Below are positions 1 to 10,518 of a stretch of DNA of 64,000 bases, piece after piece (position 1 is the stretch's first letter; every line of letters begins with the position of its first letter). This DNA is from Candidatus Marinacidobacterales bacterium. Its GTDB lineage: Bacteria; Acidobacteriota; Vicinamibacteria; Marinacidobacterales; DATDRI01. The notes beneath the pieces were generated by a model. It made no database searches, was not told where the DNA came from, and worked only from the letters and a program-made list of their open reading frames with translations. The stretch lies in NCBI GenBank assembly GCA_965219415.1, contig OZ244742.1, positions 320,001 to 384,000 of the forward strand, read 5' to 3'. The position numbers and the translations under genes are program-made.

Positions 1-54
1 AGCACCTCCTCCGAGGTGCTCCCGACCTGAGGTAAATAGACGGTGAGGCGCGAA

Positions 55-1420
55 GGATGTGTCCCGAGGTCCGTGGAAAAAGAACGGCACCCTCCACTCC
101 GTCATCAGAGTATCGTATCAGGCGGCAACCTTCGCGTGTTCGAGAACCTCGCTCAGACGTTGGTAGCCGTCGATGCGTCGTAGTTGAATCTGGCCAGAGG
201 CGATAAGCCCAAACAGCAAAGCGACCGCGGACTCCTCGCTGGAGAACGACGCTTGGGTTTTCGTCCGGCGTCGAAACTCGCGGTTGAGATTCTCCAGAGC
301 TTTGGTCGTTCGAAACGATTTCCACATGGCACGAGGGAATTCGTAGAAGGTCAGCAGCTGATTACCGGCCTCCTCTAGGCTTCGGACGACGGCCGGCGCG
401 AGAGGCGTCCACTTGGCGACGAGCTCGTCATAGGCTTTGCGAGCATCGAACCCGTTCTTGGCGTAGACGATCCGGTTGTAGTCACGCCGGAGCTCACGGC
501 GTGCGTGCGCCGGGCAATGTTGGAGCAAGTTGGCGCGCTTGTGCTCGGTACATCGCTGCAACCGGCACCCCGGCCACTTCTCCAGCGCTTTCGTCAGCCC
601 CTTGTGGCCGTCGCTGATCACTAGCTTGGGAGCCCGGAGTCCTCGAGCCTGGAGTCCCTCCAGCACGGAGCCCCAATGCGTCGAGGCTTCGCTCACCGCC
701 AGACGCAATGACAACAGACGTTTGTGCCCGTCTGGCGCGACCCCGAGCGCGACCCGTACGGGTACGCTGATCACACGTTTCGCCATCCGCACTTTCAGGT
801 GGAAGCCGTCCAGGTAAACGATCGCGTAGACCTCCTCGCTGAGAGCACGGTTCTGCCATTCCTCGAAGCGCTCCTTCAGCCGGCTAACCACGCGAGACAC
901 CGCGCTCTTCGATAGGTGCTCCCCACCGAGCAGTGGTTTCAGCGCTTTGCGGACCCGGCGGCTATTCGCGCCCGACAAGTACGTCCCCAAGAGCGCCTCG
1001 TCGACCTCACGAGTCCGGCGCGCGTACCGGGGCAACAGCTCGCTCCTGAACTCTGTCGTTTCTCCCGTTTCCTCGTCTCGCACGCGGGCTCGTGGCACCC
1101 GGAGCTCGCGAGTTCCCACCGACGTCGTCACGCGACGGGTTTCGGCTCCGTTGCGATATCCACGGCGGTCTTCCGCACGCTCGTAGCTACAACACCCCAG
1201 CGCTTGGTCGACTTCTTCCTCGAGCACAACCTCGATCGCCTCCAGTACCCGCATACGCAGCCGAAGTTGGACGAACTCCCGGTACTCGCTTACAGACTCC
1301 TTCAATATGGTGGTAGGCTTCTCCATGGCGTAATCCTCCTCCTCGCCTTTCCAGGCGCGGTTTCGTTTTGCTTAACCGGAGGTTACGCCATTCTTATTTC
1401 CACGGAAGCGGGACGGATCC
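55..1420 (-). mobile_element. IS256-family insertion sequence (copy 1)
   Basis: Imperfect terminal IRs GGATGTGTCCCGAGGTCCGTGGAAAAAGAA (from 55) and revcomp GGATCCGTCCCGCTTCCGTGGAAATAAGAA (ending 1420) enclose a Mutator-type transposase. No target duplication seen. Confidence 0.85.
118..1326 (-). CDS. IS256/Mutator family DDE transposase
   Basis: 402 aa with RNG..R..T.VG...L.VPR, YLDG, ISDGHKGL, QRCTEH and ENLNREFRRR motifs. Confidence 0.95.
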   Translation of the reverse strand: MEKPTTILKESVSEYREFVQLRLRMRVLEAIEVVLEEEVDQALGCCSYERAEDRRGYRNGAETRRVTTSVGTRELRVPRARVRDEETGETTEFRSELLPRYARRTREVDEALLGTYLSGANSRRVRKALKPLLGGEHLSKSAVSRVVSRLKERFEEWQNRALSEEVYAIVYLDGFHLKVRMAKRVISVPVRVALGVAPDGHKRLLSLRLAVSEASTHWGSVLEGLQARGLRAPKLVISDGHKGLTKALEKWPGCRLQRCTEHKRANLLQHCPAHARRELRRDYNRIVYAKNGFDARKAYDELVAKWTPLAPAVVRSLEEAGNQLLTFYEFPRAMWKSFRTTKALENLNREFRRRTKTQASFSSEESAVALLFGLIASGQIQLRRIDGYQRLSEVLEHAKVAA

Positions 1421-3163
1421 GTCCCTCGCGCCGGTAGAGTTCACCGAGTGTCAAAAAGTAATCAGCGTTCGTTGGGTCGAGACTGCTCGCGATCCGTAGA
1501 TTCTCCTCGGCCTCTTTCCGCCAGCTCGGATTACGGGCCAATGCCCGACCCAAGAGGTAGAAGGTACTCGGCTTCATCGTTGACCAGCTCGATGGCCTCC
1601 CGGCAGAATTGAATAGCCTCCCAAAAGTCCGTTTTGTCATACGCTTGTGTCGCCTGTTGAAAGAGGTGCCGTGCGCGCTTGCCAGCGTCTTCCTTCGGTT
1701 GCTCAGCGGCACCTTTCGCGGAGGGCGCCGCTACTTGAGTCCCGGCCACCTCGGCGGGTTCCCTTTCGACCAGGTTCGAAAGTTTCGCGAAGGCTTCCCC
1801 ACCCGGGCGAAAACGAAAGAAATTTTCTTCTGTAGGGCTGGATCCTTGATGCGATGAAAACGGTCCGGGTGGTAGCGAAATGTTTTTTTCTGGAAAGCCC
1901 GCTTCATCGTCTGGAAATCGTCACCAGGAGTTATGCCGAGAATCCGCCAATCGTCGTCGCCTTGAAACTGCTCGAACAATCGCTCGATCTCTTGGCGTTG
2001 CTCGCCGACCGAGGGCGCCCCCAGAGACTCCGTCTGAGAGCGGGCAGGCTGAGCCATCTTCGCCGCCTCGCGACCCTTCTCGCCGCTCTCGAGCTCCACG
2101 ATGCCGGAGCGCAGGAGTCCTAGCAGATTTCGGGCGGTCTCTTCTTCGGACAGCGAGCTCAACTTGAAGACGTCTGAAGGGGTGATGGTACCGTCGATGC
2201 GAGAGAGGATGAAGGCTTCTTCCGGTGAAAGCTCCACGTTCTGGAGATTCAGGAGTGGGGACGACACGGCTCGCAGCCTGCGATCATCCCTATGGAGCGC
2301 TTTGAGATGGGGCTCGATCTTAGTTGTGCGCCGAGCCTCCCTCATCAGTGTGTCGGCCACTGAGTCCTCGACACTTCGCATCGCGTCCGCAAGCTCTTGC
2401 TCGCCTCCCGCGGAGTCCCGGCGCTTGGCCTTTTCTTCTTTTTTGGGGTCCAGGAACGATGCGAGGGCGTCAAGGTGTTTCCCTGGAACGGCTTCTCACC
2501 GGCCAGACACTCGTAAGCAACGCATGCGAGGGAGAAGAGATCGGATCGGCCGTCAAGTTCGCCACCCAGAGCCTGCTCCGGAGACATGTAGTCGGGTGTT
2601 CCCAGCACACCTCCGGCCGCAGTTAGGTCGGTAGAGTCTTCGGCCTTGGCGATTCCGAAATCCGCGACCTTTACTTGCCCGGAGGAAGCAACCAAGATGT
2701 TCGCCGGTTTCACGTCCCGGTGCACAACTTTCTGGTCGTGGGCGTAGTCGAGCGCCGACGCCACTTGAGTCAGGATCTGCGTCGTCTCGGAGAGGCTCAG
2801 TTTCTTCGAAGCCATAACCGACTGGAGCGTTACCCCCTTCACGAACTCCATGACCAGAACCCTCACTTCTTCCGTCGAGACGATGTCGTAGGTCGTAACG
2901 ATGTTGGGATGGTGGAGTTGAGCCGCGACCTTTGCCTCCCGAGTAAAACGCTCCTTCAGATTGTCCATATTTTCCGGGTAGGCCAGGGTCTCGAGGGTGA
3001 AGACTTTGATGGCGACCTCGCGATCGAGCGCGGTGTCCTGGGCTCTGTAGACTTCTGCAATCGCACCGGCACCCAGCTTGTCTAGGATGTCGTAGCGCTG
3101 CCCCAGGGCCTCTGCTAAGGCGGCCCGGATGGACGCAGTGTTGGCCGATTTGGACGCTGTCAT
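1421..3163 (-). pseudogene. Ser/Thr kinase - J-domain - TPR fusion, broken and truncated by IS256
   Basis: Kinase motifs (LGAGAIAEV, VAIK, HRDVKPAN, DFG, YMSPEQ) at 2345-3163. J-domain with YHPD at 1731-2381. TPR pieces at 1383-1749. Fragments lie in different frames and end at the IS boundary. Confidence 0.75.
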
Positions 3164-3279
3164 GATTTTCTATGCGACCGAAGGCGCGCCTCAGATCGTG
3201 AGGGGCACCAAACAAACGCGTTGCCTCAAGTTCACGGAGCCAGGCGCCGGGGTGGCGTGGCTAGCCTCCGCCAATACTT

Positions 3280-3295
3280 AGCAAAATGTGTGCCT
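3280..3295 (-). promoter_or_regulatory. Putative sigma-54 (-24/-12) promoter of the kinase gene
   Basis: Minus strand AGGCACACATTTTGCT gives GG-N10-GC, matching the TGGCAC-N5-TTGC consensus, about 115 bp upstream of the ATG. Confidence 0.55.
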
Positions 3296-3535
3296 CGGGC
3301 CCGGTTCTTGAGTTGTTGCGAAACCCCAATCCAGATAACGATTTACGGGCTCTGCTCCTTGGACCCGGGCGAAGCTCGTAGGTGATTCCCAACAGGGGGT
3401 GAGGGGAAGCTCCGGAGGCCTATGCCAAAAGTTGCGTTGGGGATGCACCACGGTTGGCGCATCTTACCGAGACGGACGGCCTGCCGAACGCTTACTAGGA
3501 TAGAATCCTAGAGATTAGAGCTCAGAGCCTAAAAT

Positions 3536-4693
3536 ATGGAGCAGGCCACCTCGCTCATCTTGATTGCGGCTCCCGTCTTCATTCTGCCGCTACTCGCCGG
3601 ACACCTGCGCGTTCCGGCCGTCGTTTTGGAGATCATCTTCGGAATTCTCGCCGGGCCTGCGGTCCTCGACCTAATCCAAGGCTCGGAGATCCTCGACTTG
3701 TTCGCCCAGCTAGGACTCTTCCTGCTGATGTTTCTTGCAGGGTTCGAGATCGACTTCCGAAAGCTGAACGAGCAGGGTATTTCTCAGGTCGGGACGGGCT
3801 TGGCGATGTTCGCCCTCACGTTGCTCGTTTCTCATATGGTGACGCAAAGGCTTGGCTATGGGTTGTTCATGACGATGGTCTTGGCGACGACCTCTGTTGG
3901 TTTAGTGGTCCCCACTCTGCGGAATACGCGTCGCGCCTCGACACCGCTCGGTCAAACGATCCTGCTCGCCGCAATTCTGGCGGATTTTCTAACGCTGTTG
4001 GGTGTCGCCTTCTTAGCCGTGGTCCACGAACACGGCGCGAGCCTCAACTTGCTCAAGATTCCCGCCCTCTTCCTGGCCATCGTAATCGTTCTGCGCGGAC
4101 TAAGACTGGCCGTCTGGTGGTACCCCGAGCGTTTCCGGAGGCTCTTCAGCGGGGACGATCCCGAAGAGTTGGGAATCCGGGCCTGCCTGGCGCTCATGCT
4201 CGCGTTCGTCGGCCTCTCGATGGCGCTGGATGTAGAGCCGATCCTGGGTGCCTTTCTGGCCGGTACCGTGTTCGCCATGGTGTTCCGAAATCGTGGCTCA
4301 CTGGAGCACCAGCTTAACGGCTTCTCCTATGGATTCCTCATTCCTATCTTTTTCATCAATATTGGGATCCGGCTCGAGGCCAACGTTCTCTTCGATCCGA
4401 AAGTCTTCCTCCAAGCTCTCGCAGTTCTCGTCGGTGCAATCCTCGTCAAGATGATCCCTTCATTGTTCTTGATGTTGCGCGGGTTCTCCTTGCGGGAGGT
4501 ACTGGCGGCGGGGACCCTGCTGTCCGCCCGGCTGAGTCTCATCATCGCGGTGGCGACGTTGGGTGTTGAGCTAGGTCTGCTGACGACTCAAGATCGAGCC
4601 ATCGTCATTCTTCTCGCAGGCGTCACGGCGACACTGGCACCCACGATCTTTCGACAGCTCGCCCCGCCGATTCCCCAGGGCGATCGTTCTTGA
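3536..4693 (+). CDS. Cation:proton antiporter, CPA2 family
   Basis: 385 aa, many TM segments, LMFLAGFEID, TSVGLVVPTL, LGAFLAG and RLSLIIA motifs. Confidence 0.88.
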   Translation: MEQATSLILIAAPVFILPLLAGHLRVPAVVLEIIFGILAGPAVLDLIQGSEILDLFAQLGLFLLMFLAGFEIDFRKLNEQGISQVGTGLAMFALTLLVSHMVTQRLGYGLFMTMVLATTSVGLVVPTLRNTRRASTPLGQTILLAAILADFLTLLGVAFLAVVHEHGASLNLLKIPALFLAIVIVLRGLRLAVWWYPERFRRLFSGDDPEELGIRACLALMLAFVGLSMALDVEPILGAFLAGTVFAMVFRNRGSLEHQLNGFSYGFLIPIFFINIGIRLEANVLFDPKVFLQALAVLVGAILVKMIPSLFLMLRGFSLREVLAAGTLLSARLSLIIAVATLGVELGLLTTQDRAIVILLAGVTATLAPTIFRQLAPPIPQGDRS

Positions 4694-4712
4694 GAGTATG
4701 GGCGAGCTTCGG

Positions 4713-5567
4713 TCAGTCGAAACTGTAGACGAGGGTCCTTACTTCCCCGTCACGTTGCAAAAGCACGCGGATTTCGTCTGCCTCTTGGAGGCGCGGGTAG
4801 AGCTCCATCAAAGCGTAAGGACTGTTGAGGGAAATCTCGTTGATACTCAAGAGAACATCGCCGGCTTGAATTCCAGCCTCGTCCAGCACGGTCCCTTTGG
4901 GAAGTCGCGTGATTCGAAAGCCGGTGACCACGCCTTCTTCCACACGTGGCGTAAGGCCGGTCTTGGTCAAGATAACCGGCATTTCACGGGAAAGCCTCTC
5001 TTCCAGTAGAGAGCGATGAAACTGTCTCTTCATCTCCGCCGATAATTCTGGCGTTTGCCCGTCTTCTACTTGAGCCGCGTCCATTCCTTCGGAATGATTC
5101 GCCTCGACGACAAAGGGTCTGGTGGCCCGCTGCCATTGCCCGGCGAGCGTCAGCCGAATGACGGCGTCCCCTTGCTTCAAGCGAACAGCCCCATCAGAAA
5201 CTTCGAGGAGCTCGAAACCGTAGACTTTCTCACCCACTTTCACGGCGCGCGCGAAAGTCGATCCCGGTCGACGCAGCAGGGCTACGGCGTTAGCCGGTAC
5301 GGATGCAACGATGACGCCTTCTAGAATGAGCGGGGGTTCTGTGCTCGACGCCTCCGCCTTTTGGCCGGCCGCCGCTGTCGACGGCTCCGAGAAAATGCCC
5401 ACCTGGATGAGGAACGCAAGAAGGCAAGAGGCCGTGACAACCGAGAAGCGGTTCATGTCTGGATGCTCTGTTCGAGGATAACCAAGCGTGCCCCCGAGCG
5501 TCAAGCCGACGCCTCCAACACTGACCGAGTCGCGCCGGCCCGCCCGCCACTTTAACGCTACGGGCAC
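4713..5567 (-). CDS. Type II secretion GspC-like protein with C-terminal PDZ domain (start probably near 5455)
   Basis: L.GVI...A.ALL...VKVGEKV.G..L.EV segment followed by a PDZ-like GFRI...AGIQAGDVLLSINEISL region. Confidence 0.65.
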   Translation of the reverse strand: MPVALKWRAGRRDSVSVGGVGLTLGGTLGYPRTEHPDMNRFSVVTASCLLAFLIQVGIFSEPSTAAAGQKAEASSTEPPLILEGVIVASVPANAVALLRRPGSTFARAVKVGEKVYGFELLEVSDGAVRLKQGDAVIRLTLAGQWQRATRPFVVEANHSEGMDAAQVEDGQTPELSAEMKRQFHRSLLEERLSREMPVILTKTGLTPRVEEGVVTGFRITRLPKGTVLDEAGIQAGDVLLSINEISLNSPYALMELYPRLQEADEIRVLLQRDGEVRTLVYSFD

Positions 5568-5676
5568 GCAAAATAGGGGATGCCATTACCGGACCACGTC
5601 AGCGGCCGGTTATGGCAACGCCCTGTGCTATATTCCGGATGAGGGGGCCCCGTAACTCGCACGACCTAGGTCATCT

Positions 5677-7719
5677 ATGCCTTCCAAGCAACTGACTTCT
5701 GGCTCCGCCAGACCTCTGCTGTCTCGCCAGCCGTTCCGATTCCTCTTTCACACCCGGCTGGGCAAGGTATTCCTCGTGCTGGTGGCGCTACGGCTCTTGA
5801 GGCTATTCGGCTTCTTGCCATCGTTCGTCGATGGTATCGTCGATCTGGGCCTTGCCATCTATCTCGTCGGGTTTCTCGTGCGGGGGCTCTCGATCCTTCG
5901 CTCCAAGCTGCTGTGGTGCATCCGGCGGAAGCTCATCATTTCCTATTTGCTCATCGGCATGGTCCCCACGGTGCTCATCCTTTTCTTTTTTCTGCTGAGT
6001 CGCCTACCTCGTCTTCGGCCAGGTCAGCTCCTACATCCTTACCGCCTCGCTCCAGAAAACGGAAGCGGATACCGCTCACGCCGCCGACCTCGCGGTGATC
6101 CATTTGATCAACACGAAACAAGGTGAACTTTCCACGGCCGAGATCGAACGCGTCCTCAGGGAAAGTCTGTCTACTTTGAGCACCAATTACCCCGGAGTAT
6201 CCGCCGCATACGTTGGCGGCCCCGGTTCCGACCGCCGCGTCCTCGTCGACCAAATGCCCGACCTCTTGCCCGCCGGCGAAGAACTACCCGATTGGGCCAG
6301 CCAGGGTTACGAGGGGTTGCTCCAGATCGATAATCAATACGTCGTGGCAGGTTTCTCCCAACCTCCGAAGAACGGTGCGGCCTTTCGAGTAGTGGTCACT
6401 ATCCCTCTCGGTTCCGCGCTTCGACACATCGAGCAAGAAACCGGCCTCGAAGCCCAACAGGTGCTAAGCGCCGTCTCCGACGATAACGGAGGAGTCCAGG
6501 TAGAGTCAGGGTCCGCTCGGTCCGACCTTAATGTCCTCACCTCGTCCTCGGGTGACTCGCCCTATTCCCTTAGATGGGCTGCGCTGGTCGAAGCGCGACA
6601 GTGGGCGCCGCAAGACGCGGTGCAGGCCAACCCCGAGCCCTTGGGAATCATCCTGATTCGATTTTCGCTCCTGAATATCTATCGCGTGATCGCTACCAAC
6701 GCGCTCGAATTGGGCCGAGCCATCTTCGTATTGCTGGGGATCCTAGCCGGCTTGTTCCTCGCCATCGAAGTGTTGGCGATCTTCGTGGGCCTTCTGCTAG
6801 CGCGTTCGATCACTGGCTCGATCCACGCTCTCAGCAAGGGAACCGAACACGTGCGCCAGGGCGATTTCGGCTACAAGGTTCAGGTGCGCTCCCGTGACCA
6901 GCTAGGAGAGCTGGCGGAATCCTTCAACCTGATGACGACCAGCATCCAGGATCTTCTGAGGCAATCGGCCGAGAAGGAGCGCTTGGAAGAGGAACTGCGC
7001 ATCGCGCGTCAGATTCAGATGAGCCTGCTGCCCAAGGACGCGGTCCAAATGCCCGGACTGACTATCGCCGCCCTTTGTCTCCCCGCCACCGAGGTCGGCG
7101 GCGACTACTACGACTTCATTTCCTTGGACGAAAGGCGGATGGCGCTGCTCATCGCTGACGTCTCAGGCAAGGGGACTTCCGCGGCCCTCTATATGGCCGA
7201 GCTCAAGGGTTGGTACTGTCGTTGAGCCAAATCTACGACTCACCGCGAAAGTTGCTCGTGGAAGCCAACAAGATATTGGCGGCGAACTTGGACAGCCGAA
7301 GCTTCATCACGATGGCTTATGCGGTCATCGACATGAACGAGAAGAGGATGACCTACGCGCGCGCCGGTCATAATCCGATTTTGCAGTTGGCCGTCAACGG
7401 CAACGGTACGCGCGTTTTGGCGCCCGAGGGCCTCGGGCTGGCGCTCGATCGTGGCACTCGATTCGAGGAGATCCTTACCGAAGAATCGGTCGCCCTTCGT
7501 TCGGGGGACCTCTTTTTGTTTTTCACCGACGGTCTGTCGGAAGCCATGAATCCTCAGGCCGACTTGTTCGGCGAGTCGCGGCTGTGCGAGATCATGGAGC
7601 GCCACTCCGACCTCGCCCCCGAAGATCTCCGGGAGAGGATCATCGACGAGGTCTTCGCCTTCGCAGAAGGCGAAGACCAACATGACGACATGACCATGGT
7701 GCTGGTGCGAGTCTCCTAG
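5677..7719 (+). CDS. Membrane-bound HAMP + PP2C/SpoIIE (RsbU-like) phosphatase, frameshifted near 6000 and 7210
   Basis: HAMP (DQLGELAESFN), EVGGDYYD, ADVSGKG, FTDGLSEA and DDMT motifs are spread over three overlapping ORFs. Confidence 0.88.
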
Positions 7720-7815
7720 TATGATCGCCCACCCATTAACTGCCAGTAGTTGCCCCATTTTTGGCGCCCGTAGGCACTTACGAAACCACCTGCACGAGGT
7801 TCGGGTCGAGGGGCG

Positions 7816-8550
7816 ATGTCCATAGATCCGACGAGTTGCCAAGACTCTAACTCAAGCTCCAACTTGGGGGAGCTCCAAGACATATTGGGGCATGAGTTCA
7901 AAGATCTAGGGTTATTGGAAAAAGCGTTGACCCACAAGTCCTTCGCTCACGAAGCCGGAGAGGGCTTCACTCACAACGAGTCCCTGGAGTTCTTGGGGGA
8001 CTCCATTCTCGGCTTCCTCATCACCGACATCATCTACGAGCGTTTTCCCGGGCTGGACGAAGGTCACAAATCCAAGATCAAAGCCTATCTCGTAAGCGCT
8101 GTGGCCCTTTCCGAGCTGGCCTCGAAGCTCGAGCTAGCAAAATACCTTCGCCTCGGCAAAGGCGAAGAAAAGACGGGAGGTCGACAAAAGCAAGCACTGA
8201 GGGCGAATGCGTTGGAGGCGGTGGTCGCAGCTATTTATCTCGATGCCGGTATCGACGCGGCACGCGCCTTCGTGGAACCACTCTACTCGCCTCTTTTCAC
8301 CGAGGTGCAGGGCAAGGGTGCCGCGGTGGAGGATCCCAAGACCACGCTTCAGGAACATCTGCAGGCTCAAAACCTGCCGCCGGCTCAATACGTGATCGTC
8401 AAGGAAAAAGGACCTGAGCACCGCAAGACCTTCCACGTCAACTTGCTCGTGGGAGATCGAAGACTCGCCACAACATCCGGCTCGACGAAAAAGAAGGCCG
8501 AGCTGAGAGCGGCTCGAGTCGCCCTGGAGAAGCTACGAGCTGGAGGCTAG
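7816..8550 (+). CDS. rnc: Ribonuclease III
   Basis: ALTHKS, NESLEFLGDS signature and C-terminal dsRBD (DPKTTLQE...GPEH...KKKAE). Confidence 0.95.
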   Translation: MSIDPTSCQDSNSSSNLGELQDILGHEFKDLGLLEKALTHKSFAHEAGEGFTHNESLEFLGDSILGFLITDIIYERFPGLDEGHKSKIKAYLVSAVALSELASKLELAKYLRLGKGEEKTGGRQKQALRANALEAVVAAIYLDAGIDAARAFVEPLYSPLFTEVQGKGAAVEDPKTTLQEHLQAQNLPPAQYVIVKEKGPEHRKTFHVNLLVGDRRLATTSGSTKKKAELRAARVALEKLRAGG

Positions 8551-8584
8551 TCGACTGAGTTTCGGAGGCTTTTAAGTGCTACGT

Positions 8585-8719
8585 TCGGGCCACAATCACC
8601 GGTAGATGAATAGGTGTGACGTGGCCAGACGTCAGTCAGGGCCGCCCGTAGATCCTTGTCTGGCGCAGTGCGGGACGCCAATATAGGTTTGCACCACTAA
8701 CCGGACGTGGCCAGGCGCC
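8585..8719 (+). repeat. Two degenerate copies of the GTGGCCAGACGCC repeat family
   Basis: Cores GTGGCCAGACGTC (8621) and GTGGCCAGGCGCC (8707) lie in the convergent rnc/mnmA gap. Confidence 0.55.
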
Positions 8720-8721
8720 GG

Positions 8722-9792
8722 TCACGCGTCGATCCATCCCCCGCCAAGGACGACATCGTCCTCATAGAAAACCGCTGCCTGTCCTGGCGCAATGGCACGT
8801 TGTGGGGCGTCGAAATCTACTCGAATCGAGCCATCCTCTCGAGGCTCCAGCCGTGCCGGGGACTCTTGGTGACGCGATCGGATCTTCACCCGACAGCGGA
8901 TGACCCCCGTTGGCTCCGAGCGTGACACCCAGTTTACCCGCTCTGCGATGAAATGGTTCTTGTCCAGGGCGGCGCGCGGCCCTACCACCACCTGCTTCGT
9001 TGCCGCCTGGAGATCTATCACGTAGAGTGGCTCGCTAGCACTCAGTCCGAGCCCACGCCTCTGCCCAACCGTGTATCGATGAACACCATCGTGGCGCCCC
9101 AGTTCCTGCCCCGCTTGGTCGACGATCGCACCCCCAACCGCTACGGGCTCGGCTTGACGCTCGACGAACCCCTGATAGTTCCCATCTGGGACGAAACAGA
9201 TCTCCATACTTTCGTTCTTGAACGCGACCGGTAGCCCTGCTTCGGCGGCAAGCGCTCTGACCGCAGGCTTGGTCAGCTCCCCGAGCGGGAACACCGCACT
9301 GGCCAACTGCTCTTGACTCAACCCGAACAAAAAATATGATTGATCCTTGCCACCGTCGACCCCTTTCAGAAGACGGTGACGCCCGGTCGTCTCGTCCAAG
9401 TCGCTGCGAGCATAGTGCCCGGTGGCCACTGAGCCTCCCCCGAGCTGCCGAGCACGCACAACGAGCTCGTCGAACTTCAGGTAACTATTGCAGAGAACGC
9501 ACGGCGAGGGGGTGCGCCCCGCCAGGTAGTCGGAAACAAAGGGATCAATGACCCGCTCGACGAATGCCTTCTCCATCCGCATCACGTAGTACGGGATGTC
9601 GAGGATCGAGGCGACCCGCCTCGCGTCGTAGAGGTCGTCCAAGGCGCAGCAGCTGCGACCGGAGACGACCTCCCGCTGATCGTAGAGCTGCATCGAGAGA
9701 CCTATGGGCGAGGCTCCGGCCCGCTTTAGCAGAAGCGCCGCTACCGCGCTGTCGACGCCTCCACTGAGGGCAACAACGATTGGCCCCGTCAT
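8722..9792 (-). CDS. mnmA: tRNA 2-thiouridylase
   Basis: [33 protein letters not shown] and PGQAAVFY motifs. Confidence 0.96.
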   Translation of the reverse strand: MTGPIVVALSGGVDSAVAALLLKRAGASPIGLSMQLYDQREVVSGRSCCALDDLYDARRVASILDIPYYVMRMEKAFVERVIDPFVSDYLAGRTPSPCVLCNSYLKFDELVVRARQLGGGSVATGHYARSDLDETTGRHRLLKGVDGGKDQSYFLFGLSQEQLASAVFPLGELTKPAVRALAAEAGLPVAFKNESMEICFVPDGNYQGFVERQAEPVAVGGAIVDQAGQELGRHDGVHRYTVGQRRGLGLSASEPLYVIDLQAATKQVVVGPRAALDKNHFIAERVNWVSRSEPTGVIRCRVKIRSRHQESPARLEPREDGSIRVDFDAPQRAIAPGQAAVFYEDDVVLGGGWIDA

Positions 9793-9827
9793 CTCCGTCG
9801 GGAACTCGACAGATGTCTCGATAGTAT

Positions 9828-10412
9828 TTACTCCAGGCTCGTAATGATCAGCATGAGAACGTGCTCACCGACCCTGAACTCGGTATGGTTTTCGAGCTCG
9901 TCTTCGTCGATGCGCTTGCCGCCAACGAACGTGCCGTTGGTGCTCCCGAGATCGCGGATAACAACACGGGAGCCCAACACCTCGATGACCGCATGCTCGC
10001 GCGAGCATTCCGGATCATCCACCAACACGATATCGCAATCGGCGCGTCCCATGGTCATGCGGGGCTTGCTGACGGGGAAGATTTCGCCGCTCGCCTTCCC
10101 TTGAAGGACGGCTAGTGAGTATTTCTGATCGGTCGGAAGCGCGAGCATTTCCGACGGCGCCTGCGCCGGATTCATCGTCCGATCGTCGACGTCCGACCGC
10201 ATCCGCTGTACCCGAGAGGTCGTGCGGGCCTTCGGTCTCCGCGGGACGGCAGGGGCGGCCTCGGCGGAGGCTACGGACCCCGATGCGTCTGCACTGATCT
10301 CGATGGGCTCGCCGCACTTCTGACACTTGGCCCGCACGGATGACTTACCGCCCAATCGAGCTTCGTCGAAGCGGTACTTGGCTTTGCAGTCCGGACATAC
10401 GACGCGAATCAT
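9828..10412 (-). CDS. MJ0042-type zinc-ribbon + FHA domain protein
   Basis: CPDC...CQKC at the N-terminus. FHA motifs GR, SREHA and [10 protein letters not shown]. Confidence 0.88.
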   Translation of the reverse strand: MIRVVCPDCKAKYRFDEARLGGKSSVRAKCQKCGEPIEISADASGSVASAEAAPAVPRRPKARTTSRVQRMRSDVDDRTMNPAQAPSEMLALPTDQKYSLAVLQGKASGEIFPVSKPRMTMGRADCDIVLVDDPECSREHAVIEVLGSRVVIRDLGSTNGTFVGGKRIDEDELENHTEFRVGEHVLMLIITSLE

Positions 10413-10518
10413 GGGCTAGATCATTTCCTGAAATACGGCTTTTGTCCAGTCTGCTACAAATACCGTCTTTTGACGAAATGCTGCCATTCTTTCATCAGAC
10501 CGATCTCGTCCCGGCCCA

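Noticed and set aside
4713-5567. GspC-like gene as evidence of a type II secretion cluster
   Set aside because: No other gsp gene is in the window, and dispersed gspC-like genes are unremarkable.
7720-7775. Possible IS21-like terminal repeat remnant (TGATCGCCCACC...TTGCCCCATTTT)
   Set aside because: Single short copy with no partner end or transposase, so too weak to call.
8585-8719. Repeat-spacer-repeat pattern as a mini CRISPR array or attC cassette
   Set aside because: Only two degenerate units, no cas or integron integrase gene, and no RYYYAAC/GTTRRRY boxes.
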